A stretch of 64,000 nucleotides of DNA from Octopus vulgaris (GCA_951406725.2 OX597824.1:10850001-10914000); one strand, 5' to 3'. Numbered from the stretch's first letter, positions 14,152 to 26,642 are shown. The notes: generated by a model not told the origin, from the sequence alone. Program-made: numbers and translations.

Positions 14152-14645
14152 TCATCATCATCATCATCGTTTAACATCTGCTTTCCATGTTAGTATGGGT
14201 TGGACGATTTGACCGAGGAATGGCAAACCAGATCGCTGCACCAGGCCCCAATCTGATCTGGCAGATTTTCTACAGCTGGATGCCCTTCCTAACACCAATC
14301 ACTCTGAGAGGGTAATGGGTACTTTTACGTGCCATCGGCACGAGGGCCAGTCAGGCAGTACTGGCAACGGCCATGCTCAAATGGTGTTTTTTTTACATGC
14401 CACCTGCACAGGAGCCAGTCCAGTGGCACTGGTAATGACCTCGCTCGAATGCTTTTTTTTCACATACCACCAGCACAAGTGCCAGTAAGACGACACTGGT
14501 AACAATCATACTCAAATGGTGCTCTTTATGTGCCACCGGCAGGGAAGCCAGTTAGCTGCTCTGGCAAAGATCACGCTCGGATGGTGCTCTTAGTGCTCCA
14601 CTAGCACAGATGCCAGTCATCGAATTTGATTTTGATTTCGATTCA
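14152..14645 (-). mobile_element. Retroposon family C, long copy
   Basis: Tail, 5 modules and the gaaatcaaaatcaaattcgatg leader. Confidence 0.85.
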
Positions 14646-15237
14646 ATGGCCAGATATAATATCAAATAATGACTTGGTCTTTATTCAGCACACAAACATC
14701 AAGATAAGGACAGAACACACACACACACACACACAATGGAAACTTCTTACAGTTTCCATCTATTAATTCCCTCAAAAGGCATTCACAGGTGAGCCTGTGA
14801 CCATAGAAAACATTAGCTAACAATGACATGCAGTGGGAATGAACTGTAAACCATTGTTCTAAAGCAAACTTCTTAACCACGTGGCCATGCTTGCACCTAA
14901 ATTAAATTTCACACCTCACAACTGAAGCCTGCTTTTCTAACTTTTGAACATTTGTTGTTTAACAATAGTTTCTGCAATGATTTTAAGACTATCAACATAG
15001 AAAATTTCCTGCATACATTCAGTCCCCGACTTCTCTCTAATGACCTCAACACCTAGAATGAATAGAATATGGTTGAGGACAGAAGCTTGATAAATGCTCC
15101 TTATGTCCACAGTTAATCTCAACCCTATTTGATCTGGGCTGCTCTCACAACTCATTCCTCCACCCTAGAATATCCAGAAACTCACATAAATTAGAGTGAA
15201 GAGAGATGATAAAGAATTTAATCTAAAGAAGGCATAC

Positions 15238-15371
15238 CTTTTCTGGCGTCTTCCACATAATTTCTTTTTCAACTTCTGTTGGTGTGTTGGCATTTGACAA
15301 GGAAGAGCCAACTTCATCAACCAGGTCTTCATCATCATCACCACCATCATCATCATTACCGTGAGACTCAC
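15238..15371 (-). CDS. MAPKBP1: WDR62/MAPKBP1-like exon (GESHGNDDDGGDDDEDLVDEVGSSLSNANTPTEVEKEIMWKTPEK)
   Basis: ctctcag/gtatgc, 134 nt, phase 1 to 0; KTPEK joins the next exon to give the TP..E.F....FE.L-like motif. Confidence 0.82.
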
Positions 15372-16484
15372 CTGAGAGCAATATTGATACATACAACTTT
15401 TAGCAATATTTGATATGGGGGAAGAAGTAGCTAAAGTAATATAGAAACTTAATTTATTAGATACGAATAGAATGTGTGCATTTATAAGACAGGGAAAAAA
15501 GACAGACAGCTAACCAGAAATAGATATAGAAGCAGTCAAAGGTAGACACATAACACAGACAGACAGACAGACAAAAAGTTGGAAAGAAAGATGAATTAGA
15601 CAAATATATAAATAAAAATGAAAGATTCATAGTATACAAAAAAATTTATGTTTTGTTTAAATAAATGAAGTAGAAGAAAGAATTTGGATCTAAATCGCTT
15701 GGCAGAAAGTGAAAGATGGTTGAGTAGATAAGGTAGATAGTGAAAGATGGTTGAGTAGATAATGGCCAGCTAACAGAATACAAATTGCTAGTTGAATTCT
15801 CTTCTTGGCACCATGCTGAGTCCATGCAAAACCCTTATCCATAAAAGGGCAGAGTTCATTCAACAGAAAATAGTTACCACAGAGCAAAAAGAATAACTGT
15901 AGAATAATTTGTTAGTTTAGTGTCAAGTTCAATTTTTTTCTATGAGGTAAATCAACAGAGATAGTCCAGTGTCCTATCCAGAGATGTCAAATTTACACCT
16001 TTGACCTCATATTCACTTAACATTAGTAAAAAACTGGAGATGAACACAAGACACATGGGTCATTGTGGATCACATGGATATGGAAAAGAGTTTGAAAATC
16101 AACTTGGCCTTATTGAGATTCAGAATCTGGACCTAACATTGGTTCTTGCAACCACTAACAGACTTCTCATTGAACCCTCCGTTCCACTATTGACTTATGA
16201 CAACAATAAATTGACCATGATAGAAAGAAATATCTAAGAAGTAATACAGTAGGTTCTGAAAAACCGACAGAAATGGAGTCGTCTTCATTAATCAACAGAG
16301 GTGTTATGATAGCGCTGTCTAGTGCTATGGCGAAATAGAAGTTACATGTGGATGAAGAGGGCATGAGAGTCAAGATGGAAAAACCATTTGTGAATGTATG
16401 ACAAAAATAAATTAAATAAATGGATAAGTCAGAGGAAATTTGTAAAATATGTGATACCTGGAAAACATAATGCAATTTACTCAC

Positions 16485-16537
16485 CTGTTGTGCTGTTTGA
16501 CAAACTGGTTCTATTGGTATTTGGTATGAATATAGAC
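16485..16537 (-). CDS. MAPKBP1: Probable WDR62/MAPKBP1-like exon (RSIFIPNTNRTSLSNSTT)
   Basis: tagtag acceptor, gtgagt donor, 53 nt (56 with the upstream AG); the only candidate I found giving the required phase 2 to 1. Confidence 0.62.
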
Positions 16538-17396
16538 CTACTAGATGGTGCAAACACTTGGAAGTTACTACACAAAAATAGTGGAAAAAAAAGAAAGTAA
16601 ACAGTCACATCAATAAAACAATATTTGATAAATGCATAAATTAAAAGACTGGTTGGTAACTTAGATAAATGGTGTCGATAATAAAAATGAAAAAAATCAG
16701 GTTAATAAATGTGTTTGTAATCCATAAACCCACCATTCCAACCCTACACATCATAAAATATTGACACTCTTTGCTCTTTCTTTGGCTTTCGTCCAACCTT
16801 CACCTGCAATGCTACATTATACATACACAGTGTACCGACCAAACCCACCTACCAACCCTACCATCCTTACTACCCACCATAACAAACAAGTTCAATTGTT
16901 CTTCAGAAAAACACATTCAGTGTGCTAATTTCATGTAGTAGTAGTAGTAGCAGCAGCAGCAGCAGCTTCAAAATATATAGATTTGAGCACTCTGTACCCC
17001 AATACTCTAAAAATTGTATTCACTGCTTATACAATTAATCTTATCTTTTGTCTTTCATCTTTTACATGGATTGTGGCCATGCTGGGATACTATCTTGAAG
17101 GTTTTAAATTAAACAGTCTGCTATGCTATGGGGATGTAAACAAACCAACGCTAGTTGTCAAGCAGTTGAGAAACACAAACACAGAAGCATCCCAAGACAC
17201 TTGCCTAAGGTGCCATGCATTGGGACTGAACTTAAAACCACATGGTTGCAAAGGAGGCTTCTTAACCACACAGCCATGCCTGCCAATGCAGACATTTTTA
17301 ATTTAACAACTTCAAAGTTGTTAGAGAACAAAGTAAAATATTGCTGATAGCAAAAAGGAAAAAGAAATGAGCAGTTATGGTTTGGGTGAAAATGTA

Positions 17397-17610
17397 CTTT
17401 TACTCTTTTACTTGTTTCAGTCATTTGACTGTGGCCATGCTGGAGCACTGCCTTTAGTCAAGCAAATCAACCCCAGGATTTATTCTTTGTAAGCCTAGTA
17501 CTTATTCTATTGGTCTTGTTTACCAAACTGCAAAGTTACAGGGATGTAAACGCACCAGCATAGGTTGTCAAGCAATGTTGGGGGAACAAATATAGACACA
17601 CAAACACACA

Positions 17611-17662
<52 letters not shown>

Positions 17663-17831
17663 TATATACGACAGGCTTCTTTCAGTTTCTGTCTACCAAA
17701 TCCAATCAGAAGGCTTTGGCCGGCCCGAGGCTATAGTAGAAGACACTTGCCCAAGGTGCCACGCAGTAGGACTGAACCTGGAACCATGTGGTTGGTAAGC
17801 AAGCTACTTACCACACAGCCACTCCTGCGCC
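17397..17831 (-). mobile_element. SINE family B
   Basis: Full-length homolog of 48911..49320. Confidence 0.88.
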
Positions 17832-17936
17832 TAAAAACGACTATTGAAGTTGTCCGAGAAAATAAATAGCATAACAGATTTTGTTTATACTTTGACTAAG
17901 GAATAGAATACAATGAAAAGAGGAAAGCATGACTCA

Positions 17937-17944
17937 GTGTGTGT

Positions 17945-17987
<43 letters not shown>

Positions 17988-18130
17988 TGTGTATGTATGT
18001 GTGTGTGTATGTATGTATGTGTGTGTGTGTGTGTGTGTGTAAGTGTGTGTGTATGTGTGTGTGTAAGTGTGTGTGTAAGTGTGTGTGTGTGTAAGTGTGT
18101 ATGTAAGTGTGTATGTAAGTGTGTATGTAA

Positions 18131-18211
<81 letters not shown>
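17937..18211. repeat. Compound microsatellite (TG)n/(GTAAGTGTGT-like)/(AG)n
   Basis: Directly visible. Confidence 0.95.
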
Positions 18212-18215
<4 letters not shown>

Positions 18216-18510
18216 CAGTTCAACGCCCACTCACTGATGATCAGCTAAACAGACATTTCTTATGCATGCTTATCAAAGGGAAATAATTTGCAATGTTCCA
18301 AAGTTCCAGTATACATTTGGACAATCTTTTCTCTGATACTTGTTTGTCATTGGACATGCTAAAAGAGTTTTAGTTGATGTACTTATTTTTTAAAGTCTGG
18401 TACTTATTCTATCAGATCTATTTCACTGAACTGCTAAGTTACAAAAACGTAGACAAATCAACACCAGTTGTCAATGGTTGTGGGGGGACAAGCACAACAC
18501 ACACACAAAT

Positions 18511-18866
18511 ATCATCATCATCGTTTAACGTCCGCTTTCCATGCTAGCATAGGTTGGACGATTTGACTGAGGACTGGCGACCCAGATGGCTGTGCCAGGC
18601 TCCAATCTTGATCTGGCATAGTTTCTACAGCTGGATGCCCTTCCTAACGCCAACCACTCCAAGAGTGTAGTGAGTGCTTTTATGTACCACCGGCACGGGG
18701 GCCAGTCGGGCAGTACTAGCAATGACCTCATTCAAATGTTTTTTTCTCGTGCCACCTGCACAAGTGACAGTAAGGCGACGCTGGTTACGATCACGCTCAA
18801 ATGGTGCCTTTCATGTGCCACCAGAGCAGAAGCCAGTTAGCCACTCTGGCAACAATCATGCTCAGA
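18511..18866 (-). mobile_element. Retroposon family C
   Basis: Tail plus modules; inverted relative to the 19038 copy. Confidence 0.85.
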
Positions 18867-19037
18867 TATAAGAATATTAAAGTGAAGACCCTGGAGAAAC
18901 TGCACTGGTATTATAGTAGGGTTGCAATTGTAACGGTTACTAATCATTGCAGTAAAACATGTGTAGGTCTATTTGAAGCTATATATATATATATATATAG
19001 CTTCAAATAGACCTACACATATATATATATATATATA

Positions 19038-19438
19038 TGGCCGATGACAGTACTGCCTGATTGGCATCCGTGCCTTTGGGATGTCAAAAGCACCATTCAA
19101 GTGTGATCGTTGCCAGCGTCGCCTGGCTGGCTCCTGTGCTGGTAGCATGTAAAGAACACCATTCGAGTGTGGTCATTGCCAATGCTGCCAGACTGGCTCT
19201 TGTGCAGGTGGAGCATAAAAAGCACCATTTGAGCATGGCCAATGCCAGCACTGCTTGACTGGCCCTCGTGCCAGCGGCATGTAAAAGCACCCACTGTCAG
19301 AATTGTTGGCGTTAGGAAGGGCGTCCAGCTGTAGAAACTTTGGCAGATCAGATTGAACCTGGTGCAGCTTTCTGGCTCACCAGCCCTCAGTCAAACCATC
19401 CAATCCATGCCACCATGGAAAGCGGACGTTAAACAACG

Positions 19439-19441
<3 letters not shown>
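19038..19441 (+). mobile_element. Retroposon family C
   Basis: About 4 modules plus tail. Confidence 0.85.
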
Positions 19442-19472
<31 letters not shown>

Positions 19473-19548
19473 AATTAAAGGTAATGCTATGCTACTTTGT
19501 AATAATCATTATTATCATTCCCTCACTCACACACACCAGGTGTCCAAG

Positions 19549-19667
19549 TGATTGCAGAGCAATGTGAGATGAAGTTTTTGCTCAAGAACACAATGCACCA
19601 CCCAGTCCAGGAATTGAAACCATGATCTTTCAATTGTGAGTGCAGCACCCTAATCACTAGGCCATGC
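19549..19667 (-). mobile_element. tRNA-headed SINE fragment, third family
   Basis: Minus strand gcatggcctagtgattagggtg...gtttcaattcctg A/B boxes; related pieces at about 25960-26040 and 340-410. Confidence 0.6.
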
Positions 19668-20968
19668 ATCACCAATAATAATAATGATATAATCTATACC
19701 CTGAGACAGTACCTGGCAGTGACTCCCGTGATTTTTGATCTTAAATAATTGGAAGTATTAACATGTTCATTATTTGTCTTGACAGTGTTAACATGTACAT
19801 GTTTTCTCTTATTTGTCAGTTGTTTGACTTTAACCAGTTGAGCACGTCCCTTAATGTTTGACGATATGTGGATCTGATCATGAACAGGAGTAGTGTGGGA
19901 GTATTATAGCTATGTGTTGAGAGGAATTCTTTGAGTTTGAACAATTCACCTCTGGAAACATGGGTGTTTCGTTCATCTTCCTTAAACAACCGTGAATCAG
20001 GGACCTTTTCAGCAGGGCGGTCTACTCAATCAGAAAAAAATTCTAACAGGGCCTCCACCTGCAAGGTCATGCATTGTTTATCTAAATAGGAGGTTGTGAT
20101 GCGTGTGCCTGGTTTACCCTTATCAGATAGGTAATCGCAGTTGACCGATCACGCACTCAGTACATCGCGGATTTTCCTGGCTAATAAATGTAAATTTATA
20201 TCGTGGACTCCTCAGTATATCACAGGTTTCTGCGGCCGATAACTATTTATATCTTTTTAGATTTTAATTATTTGTGTGGGAGGTTTTGGCACATAACACC
20301 AACGATAGTCGAGGGATTACTGTATTGGGCTTGGCATATTTGTACCCCAGCATCACTTTGACATCACGCACTGATCTCTTGATAATAATCTTATTAAATT
20401 CAGTGCTCAGATACAATACAATTTGTCAGAAAAGAGTGAAAGAGGGGACGGAAAGCAACGATAAGTCAAAAACAGACCGACAGCTATAATAACCAAAGGT
20501 GCATGCACAGTACATAGGATGAAACATAAAATGGCAGAAACATTAACAGACAGGAAAGGATGCAGAGATCATCATCATCATCATTTAACATCCGCTTTCC
20601 ATGCTAGCGTGGGTTGGACGAATGACTGAGGGCTGGCGATTTGTTCAACCCATGCTAGCATGGAAAGCAGACGTTAAATGATGATGATGATGTAAAAAGA
20701 TTTAAAAAGAAATAATAAAGTATGGGGGGAATAACTGAAATACCTTATCTACCTAAATTCATTAATTTAGCCATAGAATTTAAGGGGTGATGCAGACCAT
20801 GTCATATCTAATAAAATCTTAATTTAAATTTCGCTCTTTGTCAGAAAGAAAACAAAAAAATCTTGCAAGCCCAAAAGAAAAGGGGAGATAATTTCAAAAA
20901 ATTACAAATGGATTTCACAAAATTCTCTTGAAATTTTCCTGGAAACAATATAAAAGTTATTTTCTCAC

Positions 20969-21144
20969 CTGGGTATGTTCTCAGGAGACTCCAAGTCACT
21001 GTGATTCGGCATATAAATCACATCACTGTTGTCACTAGCACTGTCGATTTCATCTACTTCATCAAAGCTTAAGTTGTCGCCCTCTTTCTCGCTGTTTGAG
21101 TCGTTTGTTCCACCAGAGGTCATGGATTTGGATTCAATAGTTTT
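20969..21144 (-). CDS. MAPKBP1: WDR62/MAPKBP1-like exon (KTIESKSMTSGG...SDVIYMPNHSDLESPENIP)
   Basis: ttgcag/gtgaga, 176 nt, phase 0 to 2; matches ORF 20965..21150. Confidence 0.85.
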
Positions 21145-21496
21145 CTGCAATCAGAATTAACAATCCATGACAAAATATCAGATTTAGAATGGCACAGAAT
21201 CATATATTTTTCCCTCTACAAAACTACTTTGAAATATCTGTCAATAAGTCTATGATGAAACATGCTAGATTTGTTTTCACACAAAATATACTCATAAAAT
21301 ACATGCTTTATGCAAATGTGTGTCCTACACATTGACAAATACAGTAATTAAAGACATTTGGTTACAAAAACAACTGTTGTAACAATTTATGTGAATGAAA
21401 TAACAGATCTATTCACTCAAGGGAAAAAATATGGAAAACCTCAAGTTAAATGTGATACTATAAACTGGTTTTATGACATGATTAAAGCAAGGTTAC

Positions 21497-21577
21497 CACG
21501 GGTTTAAAATCTTCATCATCATCATCTTCAATATCAGCACAATCTGTGTGGTCATCAATGCTAATGATAGAATTGTT
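21497..21577 (-). CDS. MAPKBP1: WDR62/MAPKBP1-like exon (NNSIISIDDHTDCADIEDDDDEDFKPV)
   Basis: ttctctcag/gtaacc, 81 nt, phase 0 to 0, acidic linker. Confidence 0.75.
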
Positions 21578-22444
21578 CTGAGAGAAACAAAATTTAAAGA
21601 AAAAAAAAATCATGTTAGAAGAATTTAAAATTAACAGTGCCTCAAGTAGATAATAATTGATAACTATTGATAACTATTCTAAATTGACACATTCACACAC
21701 TCTGGTACTCTCTCATTCATTCTCACACACACAAAAGCATAATGGAGAGTAAAAATTTGCATAATCATCAGACATGCAAATTAGCAAGAAATACAGCAAG
21801 ACAATTTATGTAGGGCTGATATGCATAAATAGATAATTTTGACTTTAGTAACACTACTATTTCTGCCAAGCTCTCGTGATTAAGTAACAAGAAAAGTAAA
21901 TATATGTATATATATATGCAAAAAAATCATCAAATTATGAAAATGATAGTAGCAGCACAGATGACACAAAGCAAAAAATGTTTTAGTAAAAATCTTTTAA
22001 AAAAAGCAAGCCTTTCTATAAAACAAGCAGCTTACATTGGCCTTTAATGCAACAATCGCAGTTAGTAAGGTGAGGATATTATAGTCTATATATATTAGTA
22101 ATATTTCAGAATTGGTTCAGTCAAGAGATTAAACAGAGTTGCCAAGTTCATTAATTTAAGTAAATGTTAAACAGGAAATCTATTCTTTATGTTTAAATAT
22201 TAGTTGATAAAAGACACAATATTAATACTATAGGTCGCAAAATACAATAGACAACTGCTAAAACAACAGACTTTTGGTTGGTCAGTTTATTATCTTTCAC
22301 TGAAAGTTGATGACTTAGTCAGTTTGGTATGAATATGACAAACAACTCAACATTAGACACTGATAAACCAAGAGAAATTTGAAAGTAGTCTTTTATGTCA
22401 ACCTGTTAAATCTACTATGTCTACAGGATACAATGATGTTTCGA

Positions 22445-22626
22445 TTAGGTTGTCCGGAAAGTTCTGAGCATTTTTAATATGCGACAAGGGATATAAATAA
22501 CTGACCTTTCAATAAATTTTATTCAATGAAATAATTTCCTTTATTAATGATCTTTGCCCATCTATCAGGCAAATTAAATATTCCATCAGCATAAAATTTG
22601 ACTGGTTTTGAAGAGAAAAACTTGCA
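22445..22626 (-). mobile_element. Mariner transposon 3' end remnant
   Basis: FFSSKPVKFYADGIFNLPDRWAKIINKGNYFIE is a transposase C-terminus (compare the 10.6 kb copy); TIR ttaggttgtccggaaagttctg. Confidence 0.8.
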
Positions 22627-23150
22627 ATGCTGTAAACCCTTTTGTAACATCAGCAGGTATCTCAGAGTCAGAAGTGTTTTGCTCCTTAGCCTGTATGCTT
22701 CACCTGAGTGGGTCTGCAAGGAATGAGTTAGTTTTCACCTATGGAAGGGTTCCACTTGCAGTCTCTTAATAGCCATCTTGAGCTAGTTTCAGCTGCCATA
22801 TCTATTTCTTTGATGGCTTTCTTTGTTGTCTGGGTTCCAGACCTATCTTCTGCAGGAGACAGTGCACTGATTTATCTGGAAAGCCAAAACAGGCAACTTC
22901 AATGGTGAACGAGGCAGCTTACCAGCTCTTGACAGGGGCTTTGTTGACTACATCCTGATATTTCAATCTCTTTAGCTATTGGGAAATATCAAGACTGTCT
23001 TCCCAGGGCACTGTGGGTTCAACCACGATAAATGCTTTTGTATTCCTGGAAAGCAGGAACATGTCTGGTCAGATGGATGTTGCCACTATCTTCTCTGCAA
23101 CGACAAGTCTGCCCCTCAGACCCATTTTCATCTCCCAGTCTGAGGCTGAA
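22627..23150 (-). mobile_element. Decayed R2-superfamily (HERO-like) non-LTR retrotransposon 3' end with restriction-like endonuclease domain
   Basis: Frameshifted translation DWEMKMGLRGRL...PDMFLLSRNTKAFIVVEPTVPWED...KRLKYQDV...IEVACFGF...KAIKEIDMAAETSSRWL follows the RPD..E.TVPWE..K..KY..IEVG.RG RLE pattern. Confidence 0.8.
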
Positions 23151-24882
23151 TGCAAAATAGAAAACTGGTCCCCTTCCATTGCTTTCATAATTAGTTTGAG
23201 GTTGTTTAATGATAAAAACTATATTCAATGATAAATATATTTTTTCATTGCAACAGGTTGACTTACAAAGCTGCAGCCAATCCCAGAACTTACGAGGCTA
23301 AAATTACATCCCAATTTGCATATGTACAAATGACAAGATCTGTATCCTACTGCAAGTTTTGATACTATAAGTGGGGTGAATTCAAAAGCCTTAAAAATTT
23401 TGTTTAAAGCCTTAAACAAAAGCCTTTAATGTGAACTCAATATCACATTAAAAAATATCTACTTTGTTCACCCCACTCTCTGTTAAAGCCACATACTTTT
23501 TGATAGTCATAACATCAATGCCATAAGACTGAGTAGAATTACGTACTGACTCTTACTGCTGTTCCAAATTTATCAATCAAAATCTACTTCGTGATCGAGC
23601 ATATCCATCTGAAAAATCCTATCAATAGAACTAAAGTTTAGATCAATGTAAATGGCATAAGACTTTCATAAAAACTGCTTGAAGTCTTGTAACAGAATAC
23701 AAATACTAAGTTTTCCTCAACTCACCTGTTTTCTACTTCAACCTCAGCCAATTTTGCAGTGGAACAACTTAACTACTACTGCAGAGGACTAAACATTTTA
23801 ATTACATTCCTGTCTTACCACAATATAACAGCATTGGAAAGTTACTAAGTTAATTGTTGCATCAAATAAACATCCACACCCCATCATTTCTCTTTTTAAA
23901 CAACAAACATTGAAAGTGAAATAAGTTAACTACAAAAGAATTTTGGAAAAAAACAAACAAAGTTACTGTTACCTTTAACAAGCCTGAAATACTGATAAAA
24001 ATACTAATCTACAAAATGACTAATGCAACAACTTAATAAACACAAAAATGAAAGAGAGAGAGAGAGAGAGAGATAAAGGGTTAGAGAAAAAAAAATAGTA
24101 CAGGTTAGTTCCTCCAGTATTGATGGCATAATAAAATGCATGCAGTATACTCCAGAAAAAGGTTGGTGAGAGGAAGGGTATCGAACCATAAAACCCAGTA
24201 AAAAAAAAAATGGAACCTACTGACAAGGCATAGGGTCTACAACCCACATTCTAGGTTTCTCATCTAGGTGGGCAATACACTTCTACCAAGAGTTGATACA
24301 AAGAAGATGGTGTAGGGTGGGGTAGAAGGACACTTTGTAATCCTCCTGCATGAGACAATACCTCTGGCGCAGGTGATAAAATAAACATGTATTTGGTAAA
24401 ATGTCGGGTACCCCTGCCTTAGAAACTCAGCAAAAAAAAAAAAAAAGAAACAAAGAAGTTAAGAGCAAAGTGTGGACTTTGCGAGATTCGTTGGAGACTA
24501 CCCACCCAGGATGGTCAGCAACACTGAATAAAATCTGATATAGGGTAGAGGGAAATCTTTAGTCCTCCTGCATGGCACAACCACCCTGGTGACAGTGGCA
24601 TGATAAAATGCACCCAGCCCACAGTGTAGAAACACATCTACTGATTTTTGTATGTATGTGTCTGCGTTAGATCAATCCAACCCATGGCCACCACAGGAAA
24701 AATTTCATGTAAGATGAGATGCCGATGCTGATGGTTCAACTGAAAATGGTTAATAAGCGGCTAACAAAACAAACAAAAAGCCAACGGATCATAATGTCTA
24801 TAGCATGAAAGAAAAACGGATGCAACATACAATAATAACTCTTAACTCACTGCTTTAAGATCTGATGCTGCAGTGAACTTAC

Positions 24883-24978
24883 CCTGACACTTGATAAGGC
24901 AGCAGTGGTGGCAGCGGCAGCAGCATAGTAGGAGGAGGAGGAAGCAGAGCATGTAGCCTTGGGTTGGGGAGCAAGCAA
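24883..24978 (-). CDS. Possible cassette exon (LLAPQPKATCSASSSSYYAAAAATTAALSSVR)
   Basis: ttttgcacag acceptor, perfect gtaagt donor, 96 nt, phase 0 to 0; low complexity and not required for frame. Confidence 0.5.
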
Positions 24979-25404
24979 CTGTGCAAAACAAAGGTAAAAC
25001 ACCTCACAAACAAGGGAGACAAGTGTGGCCGGGTTCTCAAATCAGTTGGTGTCAATCCAGCAGTCAGGCAATTATTACAAGGATTTGAGTCAGTTGAAGC
25101 ATTCACTCCACAAATCAAAACAAGCAATGTTATTTTATCAACCAGCACCAAAGAATACAACAGAGCAAGAAAAATAAATCACAACGCAAGATTTGGTTTC
25201 ATCTACATATAATTGCTAATTTTGTGTGTGCTTGTGTGTGTGTATTTATATATATAAATATGCATGTATGTATGTATGTAATGTGTGTGAGTGTGTCTGT
25301 GTATGTATGTTTATAATGATGATGATGATGATGATGGTGGTCGGCGTCAGAAAAAGACGGTTCTGCAATTTCTTGTAGAACAACCTGCACAAATAATTTG
25401 TTTA

Positions 25405-25863
25405 TCAAAATCAAATTCTATGACTGGTATCCGTGCTAGTGGAGCACTAAGAGCACCATCCGAGTGTGATTGTAGCCAGAGCAGCTAACTAGCTTCCGTG
25501 CTGGTGGCACGTAAAAAGCACCTTTTGAGCGTGGTCATTACCTGCGTCGCCTTACTGGCACATGAAAAAACATTTGAGCGAGGTCATTGCCAGTGCCGCT
25601 GGACTGGCTCCTGTGCAAGTGGCACGTAAAAAACACCATTTGAGTGTGGTCATTGCCAGAACCGCCTGACTGGCCCTCATACCAGTGACACATAAAAGCA
25701 CCCACTACACTCTCAGAGCGGTTGGCGTTAGGAAGGGTATCCAGCTGTAGAAACTCTGCCAGATCATGATTGGAGCCTGGTGCAGCCATCTGGTTCGCCA
25801 GTCCTCAGTCAAATCGTCCAACCCATGCTAGCATGGGAAGCGGACGTTAAATGATGATGATGA
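25405..25863 (+). mobile_element. Retroposon family C, long copy
   Basis: Leader, about 5 modules (one partly deleted) and tail. Confidence 0.85.
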
Positions 25864-26642
25864 GTGATAAAATGCATGTACTGTACATTTGCACACTCTC
25901 TCCATCAAATTGACATTGCTTGAACAGGCATTTGGTGTGCCACATGTCAGATGCCAAACTGATTGCAGAACAAGTGGGGTGAAGTGTTTTGCTCAAGAAC
26001 ACAATGCACCACCCTGTCTCAGAACTGAAACTGTGACCTTATTTACTCCTCATAATAATGCTAAAAGAAAACCATCAAAGAATTTAAAATTTTAGCCCAC
26101 ATAACCCCGAATTACTATAAAAATAATAATAATGAAATTATTGTGTATAGTGCTCAGGTCTACTACAACTCATCAAAGGTGCATGTATAGTACAAAGAAT
26201 TATGTACTAGAGAACCATTCTGAACTATTTTAACATGTATATATCATTAATTGATTAATCATTATTAACTAAATCAATTGGATATTTTTAACATGATCTA
26301 ATAAATAATTTATAACACTTGGGATACCACATACAGCCTCAGAAACACATGTGTAAACTCTGTATCAATTTAATATCCTCCAAGACATATCCATTTATGA
26401 GTTACATGAAAAGCTATCAGTCTAAGATCTTATTTGTGTGTGTGTAGGGGGGGGGGGTCAAATTTACAGAAAACAAAAGACGAAGACAAGTGAGGGAACA
26501 ACAAGCAGGTGTATTAGTTTAATGCTTGGGAAGAATGGAAAAGTCTTTGACATTCCAGGCCCCTAGATTTTTCAACAGAAAGGGATGAGTGGAAGAAAAT
26601 GGAGAGGGAGAAAACATGTGCAGGGTTTAACATGAACATGAT

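Noticed and set aside
16167-16553. 128-aa minus-strand ORF including ALDSAIITPLLINEDDSISV
   Set aside because: No convincing donor and no recognisable homology; only the 53-nt exon, in another frame, fits the gene
19690-20370. Compositionally distinct segment that may be an interspersed repeat
   Set aside because: Single copy in the window with no TIR, TSD or coding motif I can support
23726-23790. Possible exon (LSCSTAKLAEVEVEN) with gtgagt donor
   Set aside because: Its phase (0 to 2) does not fit the flanking exons and upstream AG choices introduce stops; unsupported without RNA data
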